Shown here piece after piece: positions 1-9,374 of a DNA stretch of 64,000 bases. The translations under genes and the position numbers were made by a program. Location: NCBI GenBank assembly GCA_963664045.2, contig CAXXGT010000007.1, positions 170,826 through 234,825 on the forward strand. The letters run 5' to 3'. Positions within the stretch are counted from its first letter, which is position 1. Every line of letters begins with the position of its first letter. The notes below the pieces were generated by a model. That model was not told the origin of the DNA and did not search any database. It worked only from the letters and a program-made list of their open reading frames with translations. Origin of the DNA: Paracoccaceae bacterium (lineage in GTDB: Bacteria > Pseudomonadota > Alphaproteobacteria > Rhodobacterales > Rhodobacteraceae).

Positions 1-427
1 CCCGCCTTGAACACACTGCGGTCTTGAGCACACCGACGGCTTGCCCCCCAAATCCACCCCCAGTGTCATCCCGGAAAATTGGGAGCCGCCGAAAAGGTAA
101 AAACGCCAACTATACAGAGGCGTACTGCAATTCCCTATGGCGGAATCACCTATGTGCGTTTAGGGCCCTTTACGGGCTTCTGACAGGATCCACATGACCG
201 ATCGTAACATGCCCCACCATCGAAAAAGAGATTGGTCACGAAGACGATGACAACTGGCTGACCGGGCAATGGTGTTGGTCTGAGTGTGAGACCTGCGGCC
301 AGAGGTCGGCACGGTGTGGCGAAAGCACCGACTTGACCGGGGCTTGCGTCACTTCGATGGCGGCCACGATGCGTCCATTTCCTAGTAGGTTTATTAAGTT
401 TATTAAGAGCTTCATTAAGAGCTCTAT

Positions 428-1255
428 TTAAGAGCTTAAGAGTTGTGAACGCTCGTGAACAAATTCGGCTATTTTCGTAGGTGCGTACTTGCGCGCGTCT
501 ATATAGCCGTCTGTTTTGAAAACACCATCGACATCGCCATCATCAGTGCGGATGAACATAATGCGCTGATGATCACGTTCGCTGATGATTTCGCGAATAG
601 CGCGAAATTCGATGCCGCACCAGTCCTTGAACTGATAGTCAGCGCTGAGGAAGGCCACGATTAGCTTCGACCTGTCGCGATAGATGCCTTGGAGAAATGT
701 ATCCAACGATGGCCGCGCCAGCTGAGAAACATATTTGTTGTCATAGAAGTATGCATTTGGACCGATGAGCCTTTCAAGTTCGAATGCCACACTTTCGACA
801 AGCTCTCTGGCTTCTCCCGGAAACGATAACGCCACCTCGAATTCGTGCGTCGAGAGGTCAACACCCTTTCTGACGTCTCCCGCCCAAGCCGGTAGCAGTA
901 TACCTTTTGGCTTCAATTCCTTCGGAAGATTGACATCTTTGACGGCCCAATGAGTTCGGTTAAGTTCCCAATCCCCAATATCCAGTTCGAACTTCATGCT
1001 CTCCAAATCATCGGCCGAAAGAAAGGGATCGCAGGGCAGTAGTTTATACTCAAGTCGGACCTGACCTTGTTGTCGTCGTTTGGTAATATCGCGAATAACA
1101 CCGAAATGCGGCGGTAACTTGTGATTCGATTCGTAGGCGAAAATGCACGGAAAGCGTGTCAATTCGGCAATGGCAGAACTATCGAGACACCCAAATTTTT
1201 GGTAGTATATCAGTTTGATTTCCTCAAACGTTGACCTAGACATAAATTTCCACAA
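428..1255 (-). CDS. TIR-domain protein with unknown N-terminal domain
   Basis: 275-aa ORF. The C-terminal half has a TIR-like pattern (FEVALSFPGE..., KLIVAFLSADYQFKDWCGIEF). Lies in an AT-rich block. Confidence 0.6.
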   Translation of the reverse strand: MWKFMSRSTFEEIKLIYYQKFGCLDSSAIAELTRFPCIFAYESNHKLPPHFGVIRDITKRRQQGQVRLEYKLLPCDPFLSADDLESMKFELDIGDWELNRTHWAVKDVNLPKELKPKGILLPAWAGDVRKGVDLSTHEFEVALSFPGEARELVESVAFELERLIGPNAYFYDNKYVSQLARPSLDTFLQGIYRDRSKLIVAFLSADYQFKDWCGIEFRAIREIISERDHQRIMFIRTDDGDVDGVFKTDGYIDARKYAPTKIAEFVHERSQLLSS

Positions 1256-1301
1256 TAATAATGATTAAGATCAATCTGTAAATCAAATCAAAGGCATAGA
1301 T

Positions 1302-1496
1302 ATGCCCACACATCAATATCAGGCCCCGACAGAAAAACGGAGCGAAACCATGAAGAAAGCGAAAAGGCAATATAATGTAGGACCCAATGGCGAGAAGCGT
1401 CCAGTAGACCCCATCGCCAACGCAGTACGCACGATGGAGGTCGCCTTGGGTCTGACCGAGGAAGAGTACGTCGAAGATGAAACCGACGATAAATAG
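1302..1496 (+). CDS. small hypothetical protein (64 aa, charged)
   Basis: ORF followed about 20 nt later by a strong hairpin terminator. No recognisable domain. Confidence 0.4.
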   Translation: MPTHQYQAPTEKRSETMKKAKRQYNVGPNGEKRPVDPIANAVRTMEVALGLTEEEYVEDETDDK

Positions 1497-1517
1497 ATCA
1501 ACGATCATACGATAAGC

Positions 1518-1548
1518 AAAGGGCCGGGGTTTCCCGGCCCTTTTGATT
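1518..1548 (+). terminator. rho-independent-type hairpin (possibly bidirectional)
   Basis: aaagggccgg-ggtttc-ccggcccttt followed by ttgatt. Lies between convergent ORFs. Confidence 0.65.
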
Positions 1549-1748
1549 CGTGGAACTGAAGATAAGGAGTTACATCATGGAGTCGAAAAGAAAGATAAAT
1601 GTGTTGTTCGGACTTATTCAAGTAGACGACAGGCATATAATTATTTCTCCACGCAGCTTCCGTTGCCAATTCACTATGTGGTTCGCATACACAGTCATGA
1701 GGGTACCGATTGACGTATGTAACGAGTTCTTTCGCACACCGAGGAATC

Positions 1749-2117
1749 CTATTCGTATTCCTTGGCGAAGGGTACGAATTTCCGAAGAAGCCGACTGTTA
1801 GTGATTTTACCGATATAACGCATTTCTTCTTCACCAATTATGCCAACGATAGCCATATCTGTCTTTGAATTTATGGCGTAATTAACTAATGCTGCGATAG
1901 TATCGATACATGATTTCGATGAAAACAGTAAGTAAGAGGTCGGTTCTTCCCAAATCGACCTCTTGATTGCGATCTCGTCTTTGATAGCTTTTAAGAGGCT
2001 GTCGCGTCGGTCGTCATAAGTATTACCCAACTTATCAGTCTTCTTTGCTATTCGATATGCTACAAAATACGTTTTTGTCATTTCCTGCTCCTTAAGTCGT
2101 TGTCGGGCCTTTGTCAT
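1749..2117 (-). CDS. hypothetical protein (122 aa)
   Basis: ORF with a 4-nt overlap with the upstream ORF 2114..2503, so operon-like. Confidence 0.45.
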   Translation of the reverse strand: MTKARQRLKEQEMTKTYFVAYRIAKKTDKLGNTYDDRRDSLLKAIKDEIAIKRSIWEEPTSYLLFSSKSCIDTIAALVNYAINSKTDMAIVGIIGEEEMRYIGKITNSRLLRKFVPFAKEYE

Positions 2118-2503
2118 TCCTCCAACCCTTCATCATCTTCCTGTTTAACAGACAGTGCTCGCAATTCATCATCGTATAGATCCTTGCGAATGACTCTCAC
2201 TTCTTTCGTTTCTCGAAGTCTTACTATAGCGGAATCATCTGTATCGTGCTCAGATAAGCGATCCTGTATTTCTTCACTAATGTGATCAATATCCTCATCA
2301 GATCGAAATGTGAATTCTAGATGCATATTATCAAACATATCTCTTTCGGCTATGCCTTCGACTACAGAAATCAATTCCTCATAAATCGTTGGTCCATCAA
2401 ACGGCCCACCCGGACCAGCATTCTGGATGTGAAACGAAACCTCAAACGTCTGTAACACGTCATCAGACATCCGACTTACCCGCCTAAATCGTTTTCCGAG
2501 CAA
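2114..2503 (-). CDS. hypothetical acidic protein (129 aa)
   Basis: ORF overlapping its neighbours on the same strand. Confidence 0.45.
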   Translation of the reverse strand: MLGKRFRRVSRMSDDVLQTFEVSFHIQNAGPGGPFDGPTIYEELISVVEGIAERDMFDNMHLEFTFRSDEDIDHISEEIQDRLSEHDTDDSAIVRLRETKEVRVIRKDLYDDELRALSVKQEDDEGLEE

Positions 2504-2991
2504 GCTTTCTGAACCTGGTAGGCGACTTCTCGAAAACCAATCATCTGAAATCTTGCATCACGGGTACCAATATTGTTGTCGAATGCGCGAATATACAGTT
2601 CATCAACTGCATTCATTGACGTGATAAACGACCAGGCTGCATCTTCATCGATTACTGCCGCAATTCCATTCGCTGTCGGGAACCATTCCATTTGTTCAGG
2701 AACCCCTTTATCGAAACGAATGGCTACCTCGATCATATTTCCTGAAACTTGCTCCCCATCGTCTACAAAGTAATAACTCACGGCCGGGACGTTTTCGTTG
2801 CATCTCACGACAAGGCCGTACCCAGACGATTCATCTTCGTTTTCAGCAAGTACGGCCGGACTGTCATCGAGTTCGGATGTACCAAACCACAAGTACCAAT
2901 TGCCTAATACGTGGCCGTCTTCTTCCCACTGTGTCGCATTCCCTGCGCAAGTCTGTGACATAAGCAGCGCAATGATCAATGTAGTGCGCAT
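2476..2991 (-). CDS. hypothetical secreted protein
   Basis: Internal start MRTTLIIALLMSQTCAG looks like a signal peptide. The ORF is open up to 3084. Confidence 0.45.
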   Translation of the reverse strand: MRTTLIIALLMSQTCAGNATQWEEDGHVLGNWYLWFGTSELDDSPAVLAENEDESSGYGLVVRCNENVPAVSYYFVDDGEQVSGNMIEVAIRFDKGVPEQMEWFPTANGIAAVIDEDAAWSFITSMNAVDELYIRAFDNNIGTRDARFQMIGFREVAYQVQKACSENDLGG

Positions 2992-3333
2992 GCCATTCTC
3001 CTTCATCCTTACGTTGAGCCACGGCTGGTGCCGGGCCATTGTCAACGTCTCAAGATGGCTAGAGAGTTCCCACCTATTCACCAAGCGTTGAGGAGCTACC
3101 TCGCAGCTGAGTTAGTTGGCTATTGTATTCGATGGGCAGCCCGACCTGAGTCGGGGCCACCTTGAACGTTGACCGTGCCACCAAATCAGGATTTAATTGG
3201 ATTGTCAATCCGACCCAGGCACTTTCTTATCGCCTACTTAACTCATTGATTTTATGGATAAAACCATGTTACATATGTAGAAAACGCTTGAGAATTCATC
3301 CGATCTGTGCTATAATGGAAGTACGGAAACAGA

Positions 3334-4158
3334 TTGGTAATTGCCATGAATCGACTGTCCAATGAAAAGAGGGCCAAGATATTGTCACTGCTGGTGGAAG
3401 GCATGTCCATGCAATCCATTTCCAGAGTCGAAGACGTCAGCATCGTTACAGTGGCCCGTTTGTTGGCCCTTGCTGGAGAAGCATGCAAACACTACCACGA
3501 GGAACATATTCGGGACATAAAGAAGAAACGTCGTATTCAATGCGATGAAGTGTGGGCTTTCGTCTACGCAAAACAGAAAAGAGCACCATACGTCATGCCA
3601 TGGGACGCAGCAGGGCACGCATGGACATTTACTGCACTGGATACCAAGAGCAAGTTACTGGTTTCTTATCTGGTGTCAAAGAACAGAAGTGCCACGCCTG
3701 CAACCAGGTTGTTCATGGATGTATCGGACAGGCTTCAGAAGCGCCCGAAAATTACAACAGACAAGCTTGACGCCTATCGAATTGCCGCCAACCGGGTATT
3801 TGGTTCAAAAGCAAACAAAGTGCTGTCTCAGACGAGAAAAGGATCAACCACGGATCACAACACATCATACGTTGAAAGACATAACCTGACGATCCGAATG
3901 AGCAATCGAAGATTTGCTAGAAAGACAAATGCGTTTAGCAAGAAATTTGCCAAACATGCCGCGATGATGCATCTGTTTGCTGTGCACTATAACTTTTGCA
4001 GGATTCATAGAAGTCTGCGTGTAACGCCAGCCATGGAAGCAGGTCTGACAACAACGCTCAAGGACTGTAAATGGATCGCAGAACTGATCGAAGACATTGA
4101 ACCAAAACCAGGCAAACCCGGTCCCAAGAAAGGTTCGAAAAATCGACCGAGTGTATAA
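3334..4158 (+). CDS. IS1-family-like DDE transposase (single ORF, N-terminal HTH)
   Basis: 274 aa. Pattern HTH ... DEVW ... ALD ... TD ... YVERHNLTIR ... FSKK ... HYNFCRIH..L..TPAM is typical of IS1-type transposases. Confidence 0.65.
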   Translation: MVIAMNRLSNEKRAKILSLLVEGMSMQSISRVEDVSIVTVARLLALAGEACKHYHEEHIRDIKKKRRIQCDEVWAFVYAKQKRAPYVMPWDAAGHAWTFTALDTKSKLLVSYLVSKNRSATPATRLFMDVSDRLQKRPKITTDKLDAYRIAANRVFGSKANKVLSQTRKGSTTDHNTSYVERHNLTIRMSNRRFARKTNAFSKKFAKHAAMMHLFAVHYNFCRIHRSLRVTPAMEAGLTTTLKDCKWIAELIEDIEPKPGKPGPKKGSKNRPSV

Positions 4159-4166
4159 TTTACATG

Positions 4167-4241
4167 TGGAGAGGGCGACCGGAGTCGAACCGGCACTTCG
4201 AGGTTTGGAGTCCTGCGTGCTACCTTTGACACTACACCCCC
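4167..4241 (-). tRNA. tRNA-Trp(CCA)-like gene, possibly degenerate
   Basis: Hand-folded cloverleaf. Acceptor GGGGGTG/CGCCCTC (2 G-U pairs), D stem GTGT/GCAC, T arm GCCGG-TTCGACT-CCGGT, loop CTCCAAA, encoded CCA. The anticodon stem CAGGA/CCTCG has two A-C mismatches. Confidence 0.5.
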
Positions 4242-4561
4242 TCCAATATAAATTTCTTTGCAGAGAGTGCCCCCGGCCGCTGTTTCGGCCCTTTCCGATC
4301 AACTTCTTGTGATCTTATGAATATTCTAATTCTTTAAAGATCAAATCTCACAACTGTAAAGACAGGATGAGTGGCGTCGGTAACATCCTTCGACACGAGG
4401 ATATGCCCTTGGGCACTGTCTGGGTTTGTCACAGGCCGGGATTCCCAGTCTGGCCAGAACTTTGCCGGGTAATCACCTCGTGTCATCGGGTCTGCACTTC
4501 ATGCTGTACGAAGCCCGACGCCATCTCCTTCCCTAATTCACTAGGACGATTCTGTCAAACA

Positions 4562-4819
4562 ATGAGGAGTAGAACCATAGGGCAAATTCTAACTTGTATC
4601 GGCCTCTTACTGGATATTGTAGGAGTGCTATTTCTATACCGATATGGTTTGCCCAGTAACCTTCCTTTAGACGGTGTACGTATATTATGGCCAGGTGGCG
4701 GACAAAATAAGGAGGATGTATACAAACAGCAAGCGAGATTTGCCCTGTTGTCTGAGTGCGGGCTCATAATTCTGATATTGGGATTTTCTTGTCAAATCGT
4801 AGGAAGTTTTTATGGTTAG
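4562..4819 (+). CDS. small two-TM membrane protein (hypothetical)
   Basis: Internal Met of ORF 4367..4819. Hydrophobic segments IGQILTCIGLLLDIVGVLFL and CGLIILILGFSCQIVG. Confidence 0.3.
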   Translation: MRSRTIGQILTCIGLLLDIVGVLFLYRYGLPSNLPLDGVRILWPGGGQNKEDVYKQQARFALLSECGLIILILGFSCQIVGSFYG

Positions 4820-5385
4820 GAAATCAAACTGATATACCACCAAATTTTTCGACAATCTTCGAATCGGTGTATTCGTTCACACAGCGACTTATTTCAATCT
4901 GCCACGGCTTCCCGCGCCAGCATTCACTATCTGCGGATACGAGTAAATTATACAACGGTGTTCCTTGAACTGTGCGTGGCGTTGAATGTGAACACATTCG
5001 CAACAGGGCCAGTTACAATACTCTGCGTGCCCAAGCTGGTGGGTTAACTCTGGATTCGTAGGTTTGCAAGGGACTAATTGGGGTCGTTTGCGGGAGGGGG
5101 CAGAATCCTACGTTAACCACCGAGGACCTGTTTTCCGGGCTATTCACTTCCATCGTCAGGGCGAGCTGCGCGACCGGGCTGGTGAAGGGTAGCATTACCG
5201 CATGGCCGGCCTCAATCTGCAGGCGGCCATTCTCATCTACTGGAAGCAGACGACCCCTCGCTGGCATTAAAGTCGGCCTTGCCGGCCTGAATTTCAGCAT
5301 CTCGGGATCACCTCGACGCCCCGAAAGAAAACGCTTACGGTTTTCCGGTTTGATCGGTGGCAGGAAAAGCAGAAGGGGTTTTGCA

Positions 5386-6666
5386 ATGGCCGATGAATAC
5401 GAGGATTTTTGGTGGGCGTTGTTCAGATGCGGTGAGACCGAGGAAAAGCGGCGGTGGATTTGGAATCATTTCATCGTAGATCGATATGACATTGGACGTA
5501 TTGCTCCAAACATGGATCGGAAGGAATTTGATAAACAGTTGAATATCAAAATCATTAGCAATCGCGATTTAGAGCCCGCAGAAAAGCTTGTCCGGAAGTA
5601 TGGTGCACCACCGGTGACGGACGAAATCGGCCCTTCTGTTAAGTCATTCATGACTTTTGCCAGTCAATCTTTCGAAGAACGCGTGTCTTTTGCAGGTCGG
5701 GTTCTGATTGGAGCAAACTTCGGAGGCCAGGTCTTTGAAAAAGGTGCCGACTTCTCCGATACAATATTCTTGGGTTTCACAAATTTTGAAGACACAGAAT
5801 TCGCCGGCCCGGCCAAGCAATTGCACGACGGTTATTGGTTCAGCAAGTCGTCCTTCCACTATATCGCGAACTTCAAACGCGCGAAATTCAGATCTCAGAC
5901 AACATTTGATCGGGTGGTGTTTCATCGCGATGCAGTGTTTCAATTTGCGAGATTTGAGCCTCCCGACGGTGACACCGCCCCACCTGGAGCCATGACTAAT
6001 TTCCAGGAATCCCGGTTCGACAAAGAAGCTGATTTCAAGAATGCCGTATTCAAGTACAAAACCGACTTTTCCCATGCGGCATTCCATGCCGTCGCCAAAT
6101 TCGATGCAGCGGAATTCTGCAATGCCACGACGTTCAACAACGCAGGGTTCAAAGGGACAACTTCATTCCGGAAAGCAATCTTCAATAAACCACCGAAGTT
6201 CTTTGAAACGGAGCTGCACGAAGACGTAGACTTCAGTCGGGTCGATTGGAAGGGGGCTGAGCAATCCTACCATCGTTCATACCGCCGTCGCGATCCACAG
6301 GATGCTGTTGAACAGGACGCCGGGGACGCAGTCCGGGCGTGGGACCGACTGGCGCTGATCATGAGCCAGCGGGAAAAATCGCCTGAACGGCACAAATTTT
6401 TCAGATTGAAGATGCGGGCGCTCCGCCAGAGGGATGGGTACAATTTCTCTTCACTCGTAAACTGCCTGTTCGATGTAATCTCCGACTACGGTTGGGGTAT
6501 CCGGCGGGCCTTTTCCTGGTGGTTTGTTCACGTCGCCTCTGGCGCATTGATCTTGGGCGCCGCGGCAGAAGTTGATCGTGTATGGATCGTTCACGGTCAT
6601 TGGCCCATTGTCAGGGACAGTCTTCTTGTGAGCTTTGCGAACGCCCACGCATTCCTTGGCCTAGCA
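5386..6666 (+). pseudogene. pentapeptide-repeat membrane protein, 5' part (interrupted by IS)
   Basis: Start at MADEYEDFWW. Long run of A(D/N)FxxxxF-type pentapeptide repeats. The reading frame continues exactly at 9102 after the IS is removed. Confidence 0.7.
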
Positions 6667-9101
6667 CTACCATGTCCATAGAAAAGGGGCTGGACAATGG
6701 GCTTCCCCCATGATAGTCCGGCCGCATGGCACAATCACAGATCAGCCGCACCTTGCGGGACGATGCGGCGGTCGCGCGGGTGGCGTCGATCCTGTCGCAG
6801 GAACGGTTCGACAGCCGATCCGCCCTGGGCCGCCGCATCTGCGAGGAGTTCTCGTTTCTCGACGCGCGCGGCCGGCCTCGGCTTGCCGGGTGCATGAAAG
6901 CGCTCGGCGCCTTGGCCGAGAGGGATTCCGGCATCGCCCTTCCGCCGCCGAAGGCGCCGGCGATCGGGAACCGGCCGCGCCAGCTTGAGGCGGATGTCCC
7001 CGAACCCGAGGATGTGCCGCCGCATCCCGCGCGGATAGGGGACCTCGGGATCGTCGCCGTCGCGCGCGCTGCGGACCGGGCCCTGTGGAACACGCTGGTC
7101 GCGCGCGAGCATCCGCACGGGATGACGACCTTCGCGGGCCGCCAGGTCCGCTACCTCGTCGGCTCGGCGCACGGCTGGCTCGGCGCGGCGGGCTTTTCCG
7201 CCGCGGCGCTGCGGGTGGCGGCGCGGGACCGCTGGATCGGGTGGGACGACGAGGGGCGACGGTCGCATCTCGAGCGCGTCGTCTGCCTGAGCCGCTTCCT
7301 GATCCGTCCGTCCGTGCACTGCCCGCACCTGGCCAGCCATGTCCTCGGCCGCATCCTGCGCCGCCTGCCGGGCGACTTCGCGGAGCGCTACGGCTTCCGT
7401 CCGTATCTCGTTGAGAGTTTCGCCGACGAGGGGTATGACGGCACCTGCCTCAGGGCGGCGAACTTCCTGCGCGTCGGAAAGACCGAAGGCCGGGGCCGGC
7501 AGGACCGGGACCACCGTCGGGCGAAGACCGTGAAGACGGTCTTTGTGCGCGAGCTGGAACGCTCCTGGCGCAGGAAGCTCGGCGTCCCGCACGTCGACCA
7601 CGCGCCCTCGCTGGAGCCGGGCGCGGGGCTGAACGCGCAGGACTGGGCGGAGAACGAGTTCGGAGGGGCACCCTTGGGCGACAAGCGACTTTCCGCGCGC
7701 CTGGCGAAGAGCGCCGGCCTTCTGGCGGCGTATCCCGGGCAGAAGATCAACGCCTCCAGCGACAGCGGCGGCAACGAGATCGCCGGCTTCTACCGCCTGA
7801 TCGAGGCGCCCGCCGAGTCGGAGGTCACGGTGCCGAACATCCTCGCGCCGCACCGCGAGCGCAGCATCCAGCGGATGCGCGGCCAGCGGACGGTCCTGGC
7901 GATCCAGGACGGCACGGACCTGAACTTCTCCCGCCGTCCCGGCTGTGACGGACTACAGCTGATCGGAAAGAACCAGACGGCGGCGACGAGCCTGGGGCTG
8001 CACATGCACGCGACGCTGGCGGTGACGGGGACGGGCCTGCCGCTGGGCGTGCTCGAGACGGGTTTCGATCCGGCGAAGGCGCTCTCGAAAGAGGAGGAGA
8101 GGCGCCGCAAGACGGCGCGGTGGCTCGAAGGGTTCGACGACATCGCCGCCGCCGCGCGCGAGATCGGCGGAAAGACGCGGGTGATCTCCGTGTGCGACCG
8201 GGAGGCGGACATGTTCGCGCTGTTCGACGCGCAGCGCCGCCGTCCGCGCGTCGAGCTTCTGGTGCGCGCCAAGCATGACAGGGTGCTCGGAGAGGAGAAG
8301 CCGAAGCTGTTCGCGACGATGGGCGGCGACACGCCCGACGGCCTGATCGACGTCGAGGTCGAAGGGCTGGTGGCGCGTCCGAAATCCAGCCGGACGAAGG
8401 CCCGCCCCGCGCGGCAGAAGCGGCTGGCGAGCTGCGAGCTGCGGTTCCGCCGCGTCACGCTGCCGGCGACGGACGCCGTCCCCGGCGCGGAGCCGGTTTC
8501 CTTGCACGGGGTTCACGTCAGGGAGATCGCGCCGCCCGAGGGCGAGGACCCCGTGCAGTGGTTCCTGCTGACCACGCTCAGGGTCAAGAGCGCAGAGGAG
8601 GCTGCGGAAGTCGTCGGCTTCTACCTTCAAAGATGGCGCGTCGAGGATTTCTTCCGCGTCCTGAAGTCCGGCTGCCGCGTCGAGTTCCTGCTGTTCCGCA
8701 CCGCCGACAGGCTGCAGCGGGCGATCGCGATCAACGCGGTGATCGCCTGGCGCATCATGGTGATGACGCTGCTCGGCCGCCAGGTTCCCGACTGCGCGCC
8801 GCAGCTGATGTTCACCGACCAGGAACTCGGCTTCCTGCGCGACTACGCGAACAGGTACGGCCTGGAAGCGCCGGAGCGGCTCGGCGACGCCGTGCGCCTG
8901 GTCGCGCATCTGGGCGGCTACCGCGACCGAAAGCACGATCCGGAGCCCGGAAACCAGATCATGTGGCACGGGCAGACGCGGCTGACGAGCGCCGCGCTGG
9001 GCCATGAAATCGGTCGTGAAGTCGGGTTCCGGGACGGCCAGAAGCATGCACTGAGAGCCAGGGGATAGAACGTTGCCATGCAGAGTTATGTATACTCGGT
9101 A
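6667..9101 (+). mobile_element. IS4/Tn5-like insertion sequence
   Basis: Flanked by direct repeat GGCCTAGCA (6658-6666 and 9102-9110). Imperfect terminal inverted repeats CTACC.. and ..GGTA(G). Visibly much higher G+C than its flanks. Confidence 0.8.
6726..9068 (+). CDS. IS4-family (Tn5-like) transposase fused to an N-terminal DUF4338-like domain
   Basis: C-terminal part has LAIQDGTDLNF ... ISVCDREADMF ... YLQRWRVEDFFRVLKSGCRVE, the DDE Tn5-type signature. The N-terminal ~330 aa resembles DUF4338 (HPHG..FAGRQVRYLV...). Confidence 0.85.
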   Translation: MAQSQISRTLRDDAAVARVASILSQERFDSRSALGRRICEEFSFLDARGRPRLAGCMKALGALAERDSGIALPPPKAPAIGNRPRQLEADVPEPEDVPPHPARIGDLGIVAVARAADRALWNTLVAREHPHGMTTFAGRQVRYLVGSAHGWLGAAGFSAAALRVAARDRWIGWDDEGRRSHLERVVCLSRFLIRPSVHCPHLASHVLGRILRRLPGDFAERYGFRPYLVESFADEGYDGTCLRAANFLRVGKTEGRGRQDRDHRRAKTVKTVFVRELERSWRRKLGVPHVDHAPSLEPGAGLNAQDWAENEFGGAPLGDKRLSARLAKSAGLLAAYPGQKINASSDSGGNEIAGFYRLIEAPAESEVTVPNILAPHRERSIQRMRGQRTVLAIQDGTDLNFSRRPGCDGLQLIGKNQTAATSLGLHMHATLAVTGTGLPLGVLETGFDPAKALSKEEERRRKTARWLEGFDDIAAAAREIGGKTRVISVCDREADMFALFDAQRRRPRVELLVRAKHDRVLGEEKPKLFATMGGDTPDGLIDVEVEGLVARPKSSRTKARPARQKRLASCELRFRRVTLPATDAVPGAEPVSLHGVHVREIAPPEGEDPVQWFLLTTLRVKSAEEAAEVVGFYLQRWRVEDFFRVLKSGCRVEFLLFRTADRLQRAIAINAVIAWRIMVMTLLGRQVPDCAPQLMFTDQELGFLRDYANRYGLEAPERLGDAVRLVAHLGGYRDRKHDPEPGNQIMWHGQTRLTSAALGHEIGREVGFRDGQKHALRARG

Positions 9102-9269
9102 GGCCTAGCATCCAAAGGTGGCTACCTGCACGGGGCACGCGTGACCCTCGCTAACGCCAACCACGCGGACGGGTTATTCAGTGCCGTTGGCACGACCCAG
9201 ACTGTCATCGGACCCATCCTGCTGTTTCTGCTGTTTCTGGCTCTGCGCAACCGATTCCGCCTCGGATGA
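9102..9269 (+). pseudogene. pentapeptide-repeat membrane protein, 3' part (C-terminal TM)
   Basis: In frame with 5386..6666 across the target duplication (..AFLGLA|SKGGYL..). Ends with TM segment IGPILLFLLFLAL. Confidence 0.65.
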
Positions 9270-9374
9270 TTGTCAGCGTTCGGGACAGGCTGGCAGCCAC
9301 GTTGAAAGCATGCAGATTCACCCGTCCCTTGCCATCCCTCATTCAGCCTAACATAACGGCGTTATGTCCTTTGA

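Noticed and set aside
389-442. Short tandem repeats (tttattaag / tttattaagagc / ttcattaagagc / tctatttaagagc) at the 3' end of the TIR gene.
   Set aside because: The array is only four to five imperfect units with no spacer structure. It is probably slippage in AT-rich DNA, and I could attach no function to it.
6726-7720. The DUF4338 region as a Druantia druA gene.
   Set aside because: It is fused in frame to a Tn5-type transposase inside an IS bounded by a target duplication, and no druB-druE-like genes are nearby.
6735-9047. Long antisense ORFs (372 aa, 364 aa, 222 aa and others) inside the Tn5-like IS.
   Set aside because: These are typical shadow ORFs of very GC-rich sequence. They are Arg/Pro/Gly/Ala-rich with no motifs, and the sense strand carries a clear transposase.
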